A stretch of DNA of 64,000 nucleotides from a virus. The stretch spans positions 1 to 64,000 of IMG/VR virus record IMGVR_UViG_3300037493_005292; one strand, written 5' to 3'. Position 1 is the first letter of the stretch, and every line of letters begins with the position of its first letter. The translations under genes and the position numbers were made by a program. Positions 55,721-64,000 of the stretch are shown piece by piece. A model generated the notes under the pieces. The model was not told the origin of the DNA. It saw nothing but the letters and a program-made list of their open reading frames with translations, and searched no databases.

Positions 55721-57259
55721 TTACTCCGTTATTTGGATAGTGCGATCTCCCATAGCGGGGTCGGCCTTTCCAGAGGGTGTTAGTACCCAGATAACTGGGC
55801 AGTTTGGGTAGAGGGCTGGTGCAGGACCACCGTGGTCAGAGCTAACGGGCGCATACCCATCAGTGAACATGAGGAAGAGGTCAATACGGGGAAGACGTTC
55901 GACAATACGGTGTTCTGTTTTATCATCCCACAACGACTCGTCCTGCTTACCGCACACCCGTCTGAACGCGGGACAGAAGTCAGTACCGCCATAACCGTAG
56001 CGGTATAACTCGCGCTTCAACTTTGAAATATCCGCTTCGTTTTCGGTGTCTATCCAGGTCTCAAACTGGATAGCAGCATCGAACATCATGAGATGGATGC
56101 GTACACCCTTATGAGACTTAGGAATGTTGAGAATTTCAGAGATAAACCGGACAAACTCGTCGTCTCCTACTGACCCACTCGTGTCCACGGCAATGCTGAG
56201 CACGAACGTAAAGTCATTTTGGAAACCAGGGTAAGGTTCGATGCCGTCGTCCATGACCGGAAACAACGCTGTATTGGGTAGGCAGACGCTCTCTACCAAC
56301 TTGGAACTGATAACTGATTTGATCTGTCCCTTGAGAACGGTTTCCCAGGGAATTGTTGCAGGGGTTAGGAAATCCTGCAGTGCCTTGGCGATACCTCCTG
56401 GGATAGTTCCGCGGCCACGCTCCGTTTGTTCGATAGCTGTTTTGATGATTTTCTTTCCTTCGCGTTTGGCGCGGTCGAGCATCCTTTCGACTTCAGCAGA
56501 GGTCATCTCACTGAGGTCGTGGGTGATGTCGATGGGCTTGAGCTTGGAACTTTCTACCAATGACTTGAACCACCCGGGAAGTTTTTCGTCGAGCTCTTGC
56601 TGCTTAGCGGATCCGGGGGCTACATCGGGATCCTCTTCCGAATTACCCCCAGCTCCTCCAGAACCCTGTTGGTTACTCTCGGATGATTCTTGCGGAGCGT
56701 TACCGGTAAGTGCTTGGCCAATCTGTTTGTCTGTGTCCAACACGTTCTGCATGTCGTACCCAGACTTCTTGAGGTCATCGAGGAGCATGTCCAAATACTC
56801 CTCAAAGCTCTTTCCAACGGGGTATTCGCGGTCCTCTGGCCAGATGAAATCGCTCCGGAAGTCCCCAAAATTATGACCGTACGCTTTATCCGTCAGGAAG
56901 GGACGCACAGCTACGTCGTTGACGCACATGTCTGCCGCGACGTTGACTACTGGATGGAGCCTTTGCGCAGCTACCGGACTGAGGTTGGCAAGGACGCGAG
57001 ACATGCGTTCAACATGGCGTAACGCCAGGTGTCCTGCCTCATGGATGACCACCAAGATGCGAAAGCCTTGGGCAGTGGACTCAAACCACGCTGTGTCGTA
57101 CATAAATAGGTATCTACCAGATTTGGGTAGTGTTACACCGCAGGTTCCGAGTCCGGGAGCAGGTATCTGGACGCACTGGTTGAGTAATCGGCCGTAAAAA
57201 TTGTTGCCTCCACGAGGAGAACAGGTCCATTGAAGAACCTCACTGAGAGCAGTTCCCAT
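55721..57259 (-). CDS. metallopeptidase-like plus VWA domain protein (DUF2201-type)
   Basis: IHEAGHLAL.H, NVAAD..VN, VDTSGSV (MIDAS), GGTDF.P, FTDG; likely start 57259. Confidence 0.9.
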   Translation of the reverse strand: MGTALSEVLQWTCSPRGGNNFYGRLLNQCVQIPAPGLGTCGVTLPKSGRYLFMYDTAWFESTAQGFRILVVIHEAGHLALRHVERMSRVLANLSPVAAQRLHPVVNVAADMCVNDVAVRPFLTDKAYGHNFGDFRSDFIWPEDREYPVGKSFEEYLDMLLDDLKKSGYDMQNVLDTDKQIGQALTGNAPQESSESNQQGSGGAGGNSEEDPDVAPGSAKQQELDEKLPGWFKSLVESSKLKPIDITHDLSEMTSAEVERMLDRAKREGKKIIKTAIEQTERGRGTIPGGIAKALQDFLTPATIPWETVLKGQIKSVISSKLVESVCLPNTALFPVMDDGIEPYPGFQNDFTFVLSIAVDTSGSVGDDEFVRFISEILNIPKSHKGVRIHLMMFDAAIQFETWIDTENEADISKLKRELYRYGYGGTDFCPAFRRVCGKQDESLWDDKTEHRIVERLPRIDLFLMFTDGYAPVSSDHGGPAPALYPNCPVIWVLTPSGKADPAMGDRTIQITE

Positions 57260-57282
57260 CTCTTTCTTGTCCTTTCTTTTGC

Positions 57283-57291
57283 TGCTATACT
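57283..57291 (+). promoter_or_regulatory. extended -10 element TGCTATACT
   Basis: Divergent gap, about 30 nt before ATG 57321. Confidence 0.5.
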
Positions 57292-57320
57292 TGCAGCGGG
57301 TTTCTACTATGAGGTGTGTA

Positions 57321-58325
57321 ATGATTGACCAGACATCGGACGCCGGGTTTGCCACGCTGCGCACACTTGCGGATATGTTTCCGCAGCTCGAAGAACTCGC
57401 AAAGACCGCGGAGCTGGATCCGGGGGAGTTTGAGGCTCTTCCTGATTCAGCGTTTGCGTGGCCCGAAGCGCGCCGACTTCCAATTCATAACCGTGAGCAC
57501 ACCGCGATCTCGTTAGCGTACGAGAAAGTTGCGGTCGAGTTGCCCAAGTATGCGCACCATGCTCTACAACAAGCCGCTGTTGCTTACGGACTGGATGCAG
57601 AGATATTTGACCGACCCCTTCGATTGGTCAAGACTGCTTCAGCACCTGAATTCTGGCTCCTCCCGACGCACCAGCGTTTCCGTGTTACCTCCGCAGAAGA
57701 CGTCAAGCTCGCGGAGCAAGCGATCCAAGCGCGCAGTAAAGACCTGCCGCCCAACGAGCGCGCCGAAGCCATGATCAATCTGGAGAAGGTGGCGACGTTC
57801 TTCGGGGTTTCTCTAGCACCTTCTACCAAGAAGATCGCTGGCTTTACGCTGACGAATACGCGTACGTTGCGCGATTGGCTGCAGGCCAGGCAAGAAGCGG
57901 CAGAGAAGGTGGGATCGGACTTGTCTGCGACTTACGGAGAGCTGGCGCAGCAGTTCGACGGCGTGAACACGCACATCGCGAATCGCGACTACCAGGTAAA
58001 GTTGGCGAGCGCCATCAATGACCTGGACCAGAAGTCCGGTGTTTCGAAGTTCTACGGAAAGTCACTGCTGGACCCCATTGAGACAGTTTGGAACACCACC
58101 AAGTTGTCCGCGGACACAATCGACGTCAATGGGGTGATGCTCGATAAGGGCATGCTGGCTTCCCTGCCCATCACGTTCTGGCAGGATGTGATTGGGCCGG
58201 ACATGGCCCAGGAGATCGCTCCCAGTGGGCAGGTCGACCCGGAGCTCTTGGCGCAGATCATCCCCACTCTTCCGGCAGACCTCAAGTCTGTGCTGGTCAC
58301 GCAGCTATCCGCCTACCGTTCATGA
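57321..58325 (+). CDS. putative head or internal protein rich in K-x-A motifs
   Basis: GAGGTG RBS; LPDSAFAWP..RRLPIH motif; eight K-x-A motifs. Confidence 0.65.
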   Translation: MIDQTSDAGFATLRTLADMFPQLEELAKTAELDPGEFEALPDSAFAWPEARRLPIHNREHTAISLAYEKVAVELPKYAHHALQQAAVAYGLDAEIFDRPLRLVKTASAPEFWLLPTHQRFRVTSAEDVKLAEQAIQARSKDLPPNERAEAMINLEKVATFFGVSLAPSTKKIAGFTLTNTRTLRDWLQARQEAAEKVGSDLSATYGELAQQFDGVNTHIANRDYQVKLASAINDLDQKSGVSKFYGKSLLDPIETVWNTTKLSADTIDVNGVMLDKGMLASLPITFWQDVIGPDMAQEIAPSGQVDPELLAQIIPTLPADLKSVLVTQLSAYRS

Positions 58326-59101
58326 TCCACGAGCAGCTCCAGGAGTTTATGCAGTACGTTCCGCGGCTGCATGCCGGCATGCTTAAGACGGCTGCCGCCG
58401 TGCTCTCAGCACGCGAGATGTTACAGAACCCGCATCAGGCAACGGCTGTGGGACTGTACCTCGCTGCGAAGGCGCTCTACGGAGAGGACCTTTTGCAGTG
58501 GGAACCGGAGACTCTCTGGCTTACCCTGGAAAAGGATAAGATTGACCTTACGGAGCTCGAGCGTAATAAACTTCAAGCGGCCATCACGCTCACTACGAAC
58601 CCCGCGTTCTACTGGGATAACTTGGTGTTTCAGCGCACAGTCCACGCGTTATGCGAGGAGTACTACGATTCGGAATCGTTACTTGAGTGCAGTGTGGCGC
58701 ATATGTGTTGGGCGGTTTATGAAGCTGGTATTCTTCGGGGGTTAGACCAGGAGACTCCGCAGATTCCGGAGTTTGATGAAGACGTTCAGCAGTATGTCGC
58801 GGTGTGCTTATCCCGCGCCGGCTATGCCCTCCCCCCACCCCCTTTGGTGGAGTTTTGCGAGGATAACCTCGACGCGCTTTTCGCCAAAGGTTCTGAGTTC
58901 GCAGAGCTAAAAAAAGAGCTCAAGTACGCATGGGCTAAGCTGGACAAGAGCGCCCTCGAAAGAACTGAGTTCTCCGAGGACGCTCTTGGTATCCAGCTTT
59001 CCCGCCTTTCCTTCTGTTATTTGTACGTCAGCGAGCGTGCCGACGCCGTTGCTGCAGACCTGGCCAAACTAGGCAGTCATACCAAGGTCACTTCGTTCTG
59101 A
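58322..59101 (+). CDS. hypothetical protein
   Basis: ATGA coupling; WEPETL motif. Confidence 0.65.
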   Translation: MIHEQLQEFMQYVPRLHAGMLKTAAAVLSAREMLQNPHQATAVGLYLAAKALYGEDLLQWEPETLWLTLEKDKIDLTELERNKLQAAITLTTNPAFYWDNLVFQRTVHALCEEYYDSESLLECSVAHMCWAVYEAGILRGLDQETPQIPEFDEDVQQYVAVCLSRAGYALPPPPLVEFCEDNLDALFAKGSEFAELKKELKYAWAKLDKSALERTEFSEDALGIQLSRLSFCYLYVSERADAVAADLAKLGSHTKVTSF

Positions 59102-60332
59102 TCTTCTCTTCCACTGACTTGTACGCAGAGTCCACGCGCTGATGCCACTCAATGAATCCCTCTTGGTTCTGCATGCCACGCATGAAGTCCTTGAGGTATT
59201 CCTTGGCGTCTGACTCGGCAGCGATAGCCCGTTGTTGTTGCAGCATCATGGCGCCCTGTTCATTGGGAAGGTCAATCAAGAACTGTACAAAGTTCCCGAC
59301 TGTTTTGTCGATGCTGGGCTTGACTGCGAACAGCGTTTTGAGAACGTTATGGCACAGGTCGGTAAGGACCTCCATGCGCCCGTCTGTAATGAGCTTCTTG
59401 ATTTTGGACTTGACGGTTCCGTAGCTCTCGAGCACATCGCCCGCGTTAATCAAGGTGTTGTGGTCCTTGATGTACGCGCAGATTTGTTCTGCAGCATGCA
59501 CGCCCACGGACGCAGCGAATCTGTTAATGGCGGTTTCGCCGTACAGACTCTTGCCGCTCTTTTCGAGGACGTACGCACTGAGGCTCAGCGTCTCAACCGT
59601 GGCGGGACACATGAACTGCTTGTTGTTCTTCAGTGCCTCTTCATCGTACAGCAGCTTCGGCGCTGCTTTGATGGGTCCCAGGATGGCGGGATGACACGGT
59701 TTGCCATCTTCGCCAATCGCTTTACAGACACGGTCTGCGTAATGGAAATCGTTTGTTTTTGCGTGGTTCAGCCAGTCAGCGTACGATGGTACTAGAAATA
59801 CTTTACGCAAGCGCCTGTTAAGCGCTGCATTGTTTTCGATCTGTTGGACGTTGTAGTTGGCGCCGGCCGGATTCATAAGCGCCACGACGATTGCGTCATC
59901 GGGAAGCTGGTAGTCGTACATGTTCCGGTCCTCAATGAGGCTGAAGAACATGGCAATGGCGTGCTGCAGACCCTGATTGATTTCGTCGAACAGGACAATC
60001 GCTTTTTCGCCTTTGCGCGGGAACATCTCAGGAAGCTTCACCTTGAAGAAGCCTTCATCAGAATCCCGTACGGATGGGATTCCGGCTCCCATAAGTCCAT
60101 ATTGCGCAGTACGGATCACGCATACGCGGTATCCGTGTTTGCGGGCGAGTTGGTTGATGACCTGCGTCTTACCAACTCCTGCTGGTCCAATAACACACCA
60201 GCAGCCGCGGAGTTCGCGCTCGAGCATTGTCATCTCGAATTGTGAGCCGAACTCCCTAAGACCCATGCGGGGTATGTCGAGTAACTCAGCGTAATCAGGG
60301 GTGGTTTTGGTCTCTTCTTGCTTCTTAGCCAT
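59088..60332 (-). CDS. MoxR-like AAA+ ATPase
   Basis: GPAGVGKT, LFDEIN, ALMNP, ALNRR. Confidence 0.88.
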   Translation of the reverse strand: MAKKQEETKTTPDYAELLDIPRMGLREFGSQFEMTMLERELRGCWCVIGPAGVGKTQVINQLARKHGYRVCVIRTAQYGLMGAGIPSVRDSDEGFFKVKLPEMFPRKGEKAIVLFDEINQGLQHAIAMFFSLIEDRNMYDYQLPDDAIVVALMNPAGANYNVQQIENNAALNRRLRKVFLVPSYADWLNHAKTNDFHYADRVCKAIGEDGKPCHPAILGPIKAAPKLLYDEEALKNNKQFMCPATVETLSLSAYVLEKSGKSLYGETAINRFAASVGVHAAEQICAYIKDHNTLINAGDVLESYGTVKSKIKKLITDGRMEVLTDLCHNVLKTLFAVKPSIDKTVGNFVQFLIDLPNEQGAMMLQQQRAIAAESDAKEYLKDFMRGMQNQEGFIEWHQRVDSAYKSVEEKIRTK

Positions 60333-60367
60333 TTGTCTTTCCTTTGTTGATTGGTTATACTGTACGC

Positions 60368-61987
60368 ATGGTTGCTAAAACTAGCGCAACACTTAGTGAG
60401 GTTGCTGAAGCGTGGTTACGCCTCAATGGTCGTCCGTTTTCATTAGAATACTGGCCAATGCACCGGGCATTCTACGATGGACGTTATCGTAGAACTTTAT
60501 TCAAAACAAGTCGACAGGTCGCTAAGTCCACCACCTTAGCGAACTTCGCCATCATTGAGTGCGCTCTTATACCACACTTTTCTACGGTATTCGTTAGTCC
60601 AACTAAAGAGCAAACCACTCGATTTTCTAACACACGCGTCTTAAAGGTAATGCGGTATTCGCCCATTATCAATTCCCGTTTTCTTAACCCGGAACTAGCT
60701 GATCGCGTATTCCATAAGCAATTCTCGAACGGCGCGGAAATGCTCTTCACGTATGCGCTGGATGACGCCGATCGCTTACGTGGCCCGTCGTCTGACCGCA
60801 ATATGTACGACGAGGTCCAGGATCTTTTGTATGACCCAGTTATTACGGTGGGTAACGAAACCCTGTCACACTCGCACTACGGTTTTGAGACGTACGCAGG
60901 TACGCCGAAGACTATGGACAATACTGTCCAATATCTGTGGGAATCGAGCAGCCAAACCGAGTGGGTTATTAAGTGTGATTCCTGTGGATCGCATCAGTAC
61001 ATCGATTCGGATAAAGCCATAGGTGCTACGGGTATCATCTGTCTTAAGTGCAAATCCTACTTAAACCCATTTAAGGGTAAATGGATTGATACCTACGCGT
61101 TTCCAAATTCGAACATTCCTGAGTCCCAGCGGTTGAAGGGTTTCCACATCAGCCAGTTGATGATGCCCGAGAACAATCCACTGGCTATGAAAGCCATTGG
61201 TGCGGGAACGGAGATGGAAGCGTTTGCGCTGCAGCAGTGGCAGCGCATTCTGCTCAAACACGAGACTCTGCCTACTGCGACGTTTAACAACGAGGTATTG
61301 GGGATTTCAGACGCCGTCGGTACACGGATGATTTCCAAAGAGGAGCTCGAGGAGCTCTGTACCGGTCAGCCGTTGCAGCTGTATCCAAAACAGGACACGT
61401 TCGTTGGCTTGAATCACGTAGTTGGTGGGGTTGACTGGTCAGGCGGAGGAACCACAGGCGTGTCACGAACAGTGATATGGATTTGGGGATTTAGGCAATC
61501 AGACAGACGTATGCTGACGCTGCTGTACAAGGTGTACCCAGGCATTAACCCCGTAAACATCATCGACGAAATCGCCAACATCTTTGCGTGTTACCGCGTA
61601 GAAATCGTGATCGGTGATGCTGGTGAGGGGCATACCGCCAATGACCTCCTACGGAAAAAGCTTGGGTATCACCGTGTACAGCAGGTACAGTACGCGTCTG
61701 CTACTAAGGCGTTTGTTTGGAACGATTACGACAGGTACATTGCGGATCGTACAACAGTTATCGATAACTACTTCATGGACATTAAGCAGAAGAAGCTCGA
61801 GTTTGGTCCTCTGCACGAGATGAAGGAAGCGATAGATGACATCCTAAACGTGTACGAGGACATCACGACCATGGGGAAGAAGGTGTGGAGACACTCGCCG
61901 TCTAAATCTGACGACTGTCTCCACGCAGGACTCTTTGGCTGGCTGGCAATGAAGATGGTTTTGAACGACGTGAAGTTTTACCAGTAA
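60368..61987 (+). CDS. terL: terminase large subunit (GpA-like)
   Basis: SRQVAKST, RLRGPS, YDEVQD, AGTP, CDSC/CLKC, GFHISQL, FNNEVLG, GVDW, DDCLHA. Confidence 0.85.
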   Translation: MVAKTSATLSEVAEAWLRLNGRPFSLEYWPMHRAFYDGRYRRTLFKTSRQVAKSTTLANFAIIECALIPHFSTVFVSPTKEQTTRFSNTRVLKVMRYSPIINSRFLNPELADRVFHKQFSNGAEMLFTYALDDADRLRGPSSDRNMYDEVQDLLYDPVITVGNETLSHSHYGFETYAGTPKTMDNTVQYLWESSSQTEWVIKCDSCGSHQYIDSDKAIGATGIICLKCKSYLNPFKGKWIDTYAFPNSNIPESQRLKGFHISQLMMPENNPLAMKAIGAGTEMEAFALQQWQRILLKHETLPTATFNNEVLGISDAVGTRMISKEELEELCTGQPLQLYPKQDTFVGLNHVVGGVDWSGGGTTGVSRTVIWIWGFRQSDRRMLTLLYKVYPGINPVNIIDEIANIFACYRVEIVIGDAGEGHTANDLLRKKLGYHRVQQVQYASATKAFVWNDYDRYIADRTTVIDNYFMDIKQKKLEFGPLHEMKEAIDDILNVYEDITTMGKKVWRHSPSKSDDCLHAGLFGWLAMKMVLNDVKFYQ

Positions 61988-64000
61988 CTAGATCGCTTTG
62001 GAGAGGGCCTCTTCAAGGATGGCTTCTTCTAGCTCGTTACGGATGTCACACTCCATAAAGTCTTCTTCGACTTCGATCACCTGCAACGTGTCCATGGTGT
62101 CTAAGTACTTCCGGGCTGATATGAGCTCACCGTAGGACGGTCCCATCTCTACGTCCCACTGGAATGGAACGGGTAACCAGGGGTACTTCTTGGCGACAGC
62201 ATCAACACCGTGTTTTTGGATGAAGTCTGGAATCTGGTGCAGGTACTTTTTGGGTATTTGCATCACGAGGGAGTCGTGCACCGTATTCATCAACTGTCCA
62301 CCAAAGTCACCCCGGATGGCGTCGTCTACAGACGCCATGACATCCATGACGATGTCGGAGCTCGTGCTCTGGATCTTGAAGTTGATGCTCTGGCGCTCGG
62401 CACGGCTGCGTTGCCAAGAGGTGAGCTTCTTCAGGTCAAAGCGTCTGCGTCGACCGATAAACGTTTCTACCATCCCGAAGGACCTAAGCTGCTGCTGCGT
62501 TATGGCGATGTAGTTGGGGATGGACGGGAACATCTTAAACAGCGTGTCGATAACGATCTGTGCTTGCTCGTCCGGGATACCTACTATAGACGCGATCTTT
62601 TTCTTCGCGGCACCGTAAAGGATTCCGAACACAACGCGCTTAACGATGGTGCGCAGCTTGTCTAGCATGATGCCATAAGCGCGGTCATTGCTTTCCTCGC
62701 TTGAGTCACGCACGCAGAAGTCGTTGTAGTTCCAGGCGTGGTTCTCATCGATTCCCACAGTGCTGAGAACTTTGTGCTTATCCCCGGGAGACACGCCGCT
62801 CAGAACGTTTGCGGGGTTATACACGATGGAAGCGAAGAAACTGTGCGGGTCCATGCCTTTGTTCAAGGCGTCGATAAGGTTCTTATCGTGGCTGTAGGCA
62901 GCGTAGATGCGCACTTCCGCGGCTTTTGCGTCGGTGTTCACAATAGCGAATGTCTCCGAGTCAGTCGGTACGAACATCCTCTTGATGTTGTGTCCACCGA
63001 TTTTCTTGGGGATATTCTGCATGTTCTCTTGCGACGAAGAGTTGTGGTTAACAAAGCCATGCGCGACGTAGGAGTGGTCAACTGCTACTTGGATATCCCA
63101 TACGCCCATAACTCCTATAGGCGTAACTTTTATTATTCGGCTAACGCCAAACATATTTGTGTTATAACGTGTGGGAGCTTTTCCTCTACCTCCTTCGTTG
63201 TGAAACGAAGTGTTTTGTACCCCAAGCGTACCGCTTCTTTCTGCTTGGATATATCTCTTTTCGTGGTATCGGCTTGTGCGTGGAAGCTCCCGTCTATTTC
63301 TACTAGAAGTTTGTGACCTGGAAACCCAAAGTCTGCGAGGTAGTTTTTGTAGAAGGCTACCTGGCGTGTATGTGGTATTTTTGAGTCCGTTAACGCCATA
63401 GATAGCAGCATCTCGTGCCTGTTTAAGCTCCAACATATATTGTCTGCAGGGACTTGCCCACGTCCTTTGTACTGATTGTAATTCCGGGCCTGTTCTTTTA
63501 TAAACCAAGTCAGCTCTATGACATGGGAAAATGCTTCGTACAGCTTTTTGTAATAAGCGTGCGGGTCCTGGTAGAACTGCGTTACCGTTTTCATTAACCC
63601 GGGAGCGTACTGCTCTAAATCGCGCAGCTGTTCCATATCTGTAGCGAGTATTTTGTAGGTCAGCTTTTTTTCGGGCGTCATACCGTATGCCCGCATATTC
63701 TGACGCACGAACCACGCACTGACATTTAGTACTTTGGCAGTCATGGAGTAGGTGTACCCTCTGTCTACACATTCCTGTAGTCTCTCGCGCGGGATAACGA
63801 CCCCGGGTTGGGCTTTTATACCGTGAGTATTTCCCTTTAACGCAGCTGAGTAATTGAGGTACTTTCTCTCGCGTATCTGTGTGGCATACTTTTCTTTGTA
63901 TGCCCGAACAGAATTGCTGAGTATTTTGTACGACACTCCCAAATCCAAAAACGCTTGACCGGATAACCTTTCTTCTAAGTAAAGGCGCACAAACGTCGCC
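61988..64000 (-). CDS. family A DNA polymerase, C-terminal part, interrupted by an intein (gene extends past the window edge)
   Basis: SSSQENMQNIP, D....EVRI.A..S.D (motif A), R..VK...FGILYG (motif B), NFKIQS, VHDSL (motif C); frame hand-checked stop-free from 63773 to 64000. Confidence 0.9.
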   Translation of the reverse strand, partial: GDVCAPLLRRKVIRSSVFGFGSVVQNTQQFCSGIQRKVCHTDTREKVPQLLSCVKGKYSRYKSPTRGRYPARETTGMCRQRVHLLHDCQSTKCQCVVRASEYAGIRYDARKKADLQNTRYRYGTAARFRAVRSRVNENGNAVLPGPARLLQKAVRSIFPCHRADLVYKRTGPELQSVQRTWASPCRQYMLELKQARDAAIYGVNGLKNTTYTPGSLLQKLPRRLWVSRSQTSSRNRRELPRTSRYHEKRYIQAERSGTLGVQNTSFHNEGGRGKAPTRYNTNMFGVSRIIKVTPIGVMGVWDIQVAVDHSYVAHGFVNHNSSSQENMQNIPKKIGGHNIKRMFVPTDSETFAIVNTDAKAAEVRIYAAYSHDKNLIDALNKGMDPHSFFASIVYNPANVLSGVSPGDKHKVLSTVGIDENHAWNYNDFCVRDSSEESNDRAYGIMLDKLRTIVKRVVFGILYGAAKKKIASIVGIPDEQAQIVIDTLFKMFPSIPNYIAITQQQLRSFGMVETFIGRRRRFDLKKLTSWQRSRAERQSINFKIQSTSSDIVMDVMASVDDAIRGDFGGQLMNTVHDSLVMQIPKKYLHQIPDFIQKHGVDAVAKKYPWLPVPFQWDVEMGPSYGELISARKYLDTMDTLQVIEVEEDFMECDIRNELEEAILEEALSKAI
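63041..64000 (-). mobile_element. intein in DNA polymerase (C-terminal splice junction at 63041)
   Basis: SRIIKVTPIG...VWDIQVAVDHSYVAHGFVNHN followed by Ser. Confidence 0.88.
63133..63990 (-). CDS. Vsr/DUF559-like endonuclease with N-terminal HTH-like segments, in the +1 frame inside the intein
   Basis: HE..L...L, YLADF, KLLVEIDGSFH, RD..K......GYK.LRF. Confidence 0.85.
   Translation of the reverse strand: MRLYLEERLSGQAFLDLGVSYKILSNSVRAYKEKYATQIRERKYLNYSAALKGNTHGIKAQPGVVIPRERLQECVDRGYTYSMTAKVLNVSAWFVRQNMRAYGMTPEKKLTYKILATDMEQLRDLEQYAPGLMKTVTQFYQDPHAYYKKLYEAFSHVIELTWFIKEQARNYNQYKGRGQVPADNICWSLNRHEMLLSMALTDSKIPHTRQVAFYKNYLADFGFPGHKLLVEIDGSFHAQADTTKRDISKQKEAVRLGYKTLRFTTKEVEEKLPHVITQICLALAE

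Noticed and set aside
57260-57364. Head-to-head overlap of the VWA and 352-aa ORFs as listed in the track
   Set aside because: Better starts at 57259 (-) and 57321 (+) have RBS-like sequences and leave a normal divergent promoter gap.
63155-63772. ATG 63772 as the polymerase start
   Set aside because: The frame is open upstream to the window edge and this part is intein interior, not polymerase sequence.
1-64000. CRISPR array, tRNA or rRNA genes, stop-codon reassignment
   Set aside because: No regularly spaced direct repeats or cloverleafs were noticed; standard-code ORFs tile densely and all three stop codons end genes.

Overview
This window looks like part of a large tailed (jumbo-type, contractile-tail) bacteriophage genome; no host housekeeping, rRNA or tRNA genes were recognised. 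Plus-strand blocks encode virion and morphogenesis proteins: an M14 carboxypeptidase/Kelch protein, a frameshifted tail-chaperone pair, a tape-measure-like protein, an SLT-containing hub, a sigma factor, an amidase-like protein, baseplate wedge and J-like proteins, fibres and a GpA-like terminase. Minus-strand blocks encode DNA and nucleotide metabolism: dNMP kinase, DinG helicase, UDG, class II RNR, RuvC, MoxR AAA plus VWA, and a family A DNA polymerase. Three observations stand out. (1) A retron-type reverse transcriptase (53922-55115) sits in a gap-free operon with no room for an msr-msd RNA, while about 39 kb away (14689-14976) there is a tandem pair of homologous structured non-coding units with retron ncRNA geometry: terminal inverted repeats, a G opposite a G, and hairpins at the same positions with different sequences. 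This suggests a split, multi-ncRNA phage retron-like system; the pairing is inference. (2) The polymerase carries an intein whose reading frame stays open across a Vsr/DUF559-like endonuclease encoded in the +1 frame (dual coding). (3) A -1 slippery site G GAT TTT links the tail-chaperone ORFs. All calls come from motif reading by eye; no searches were run.
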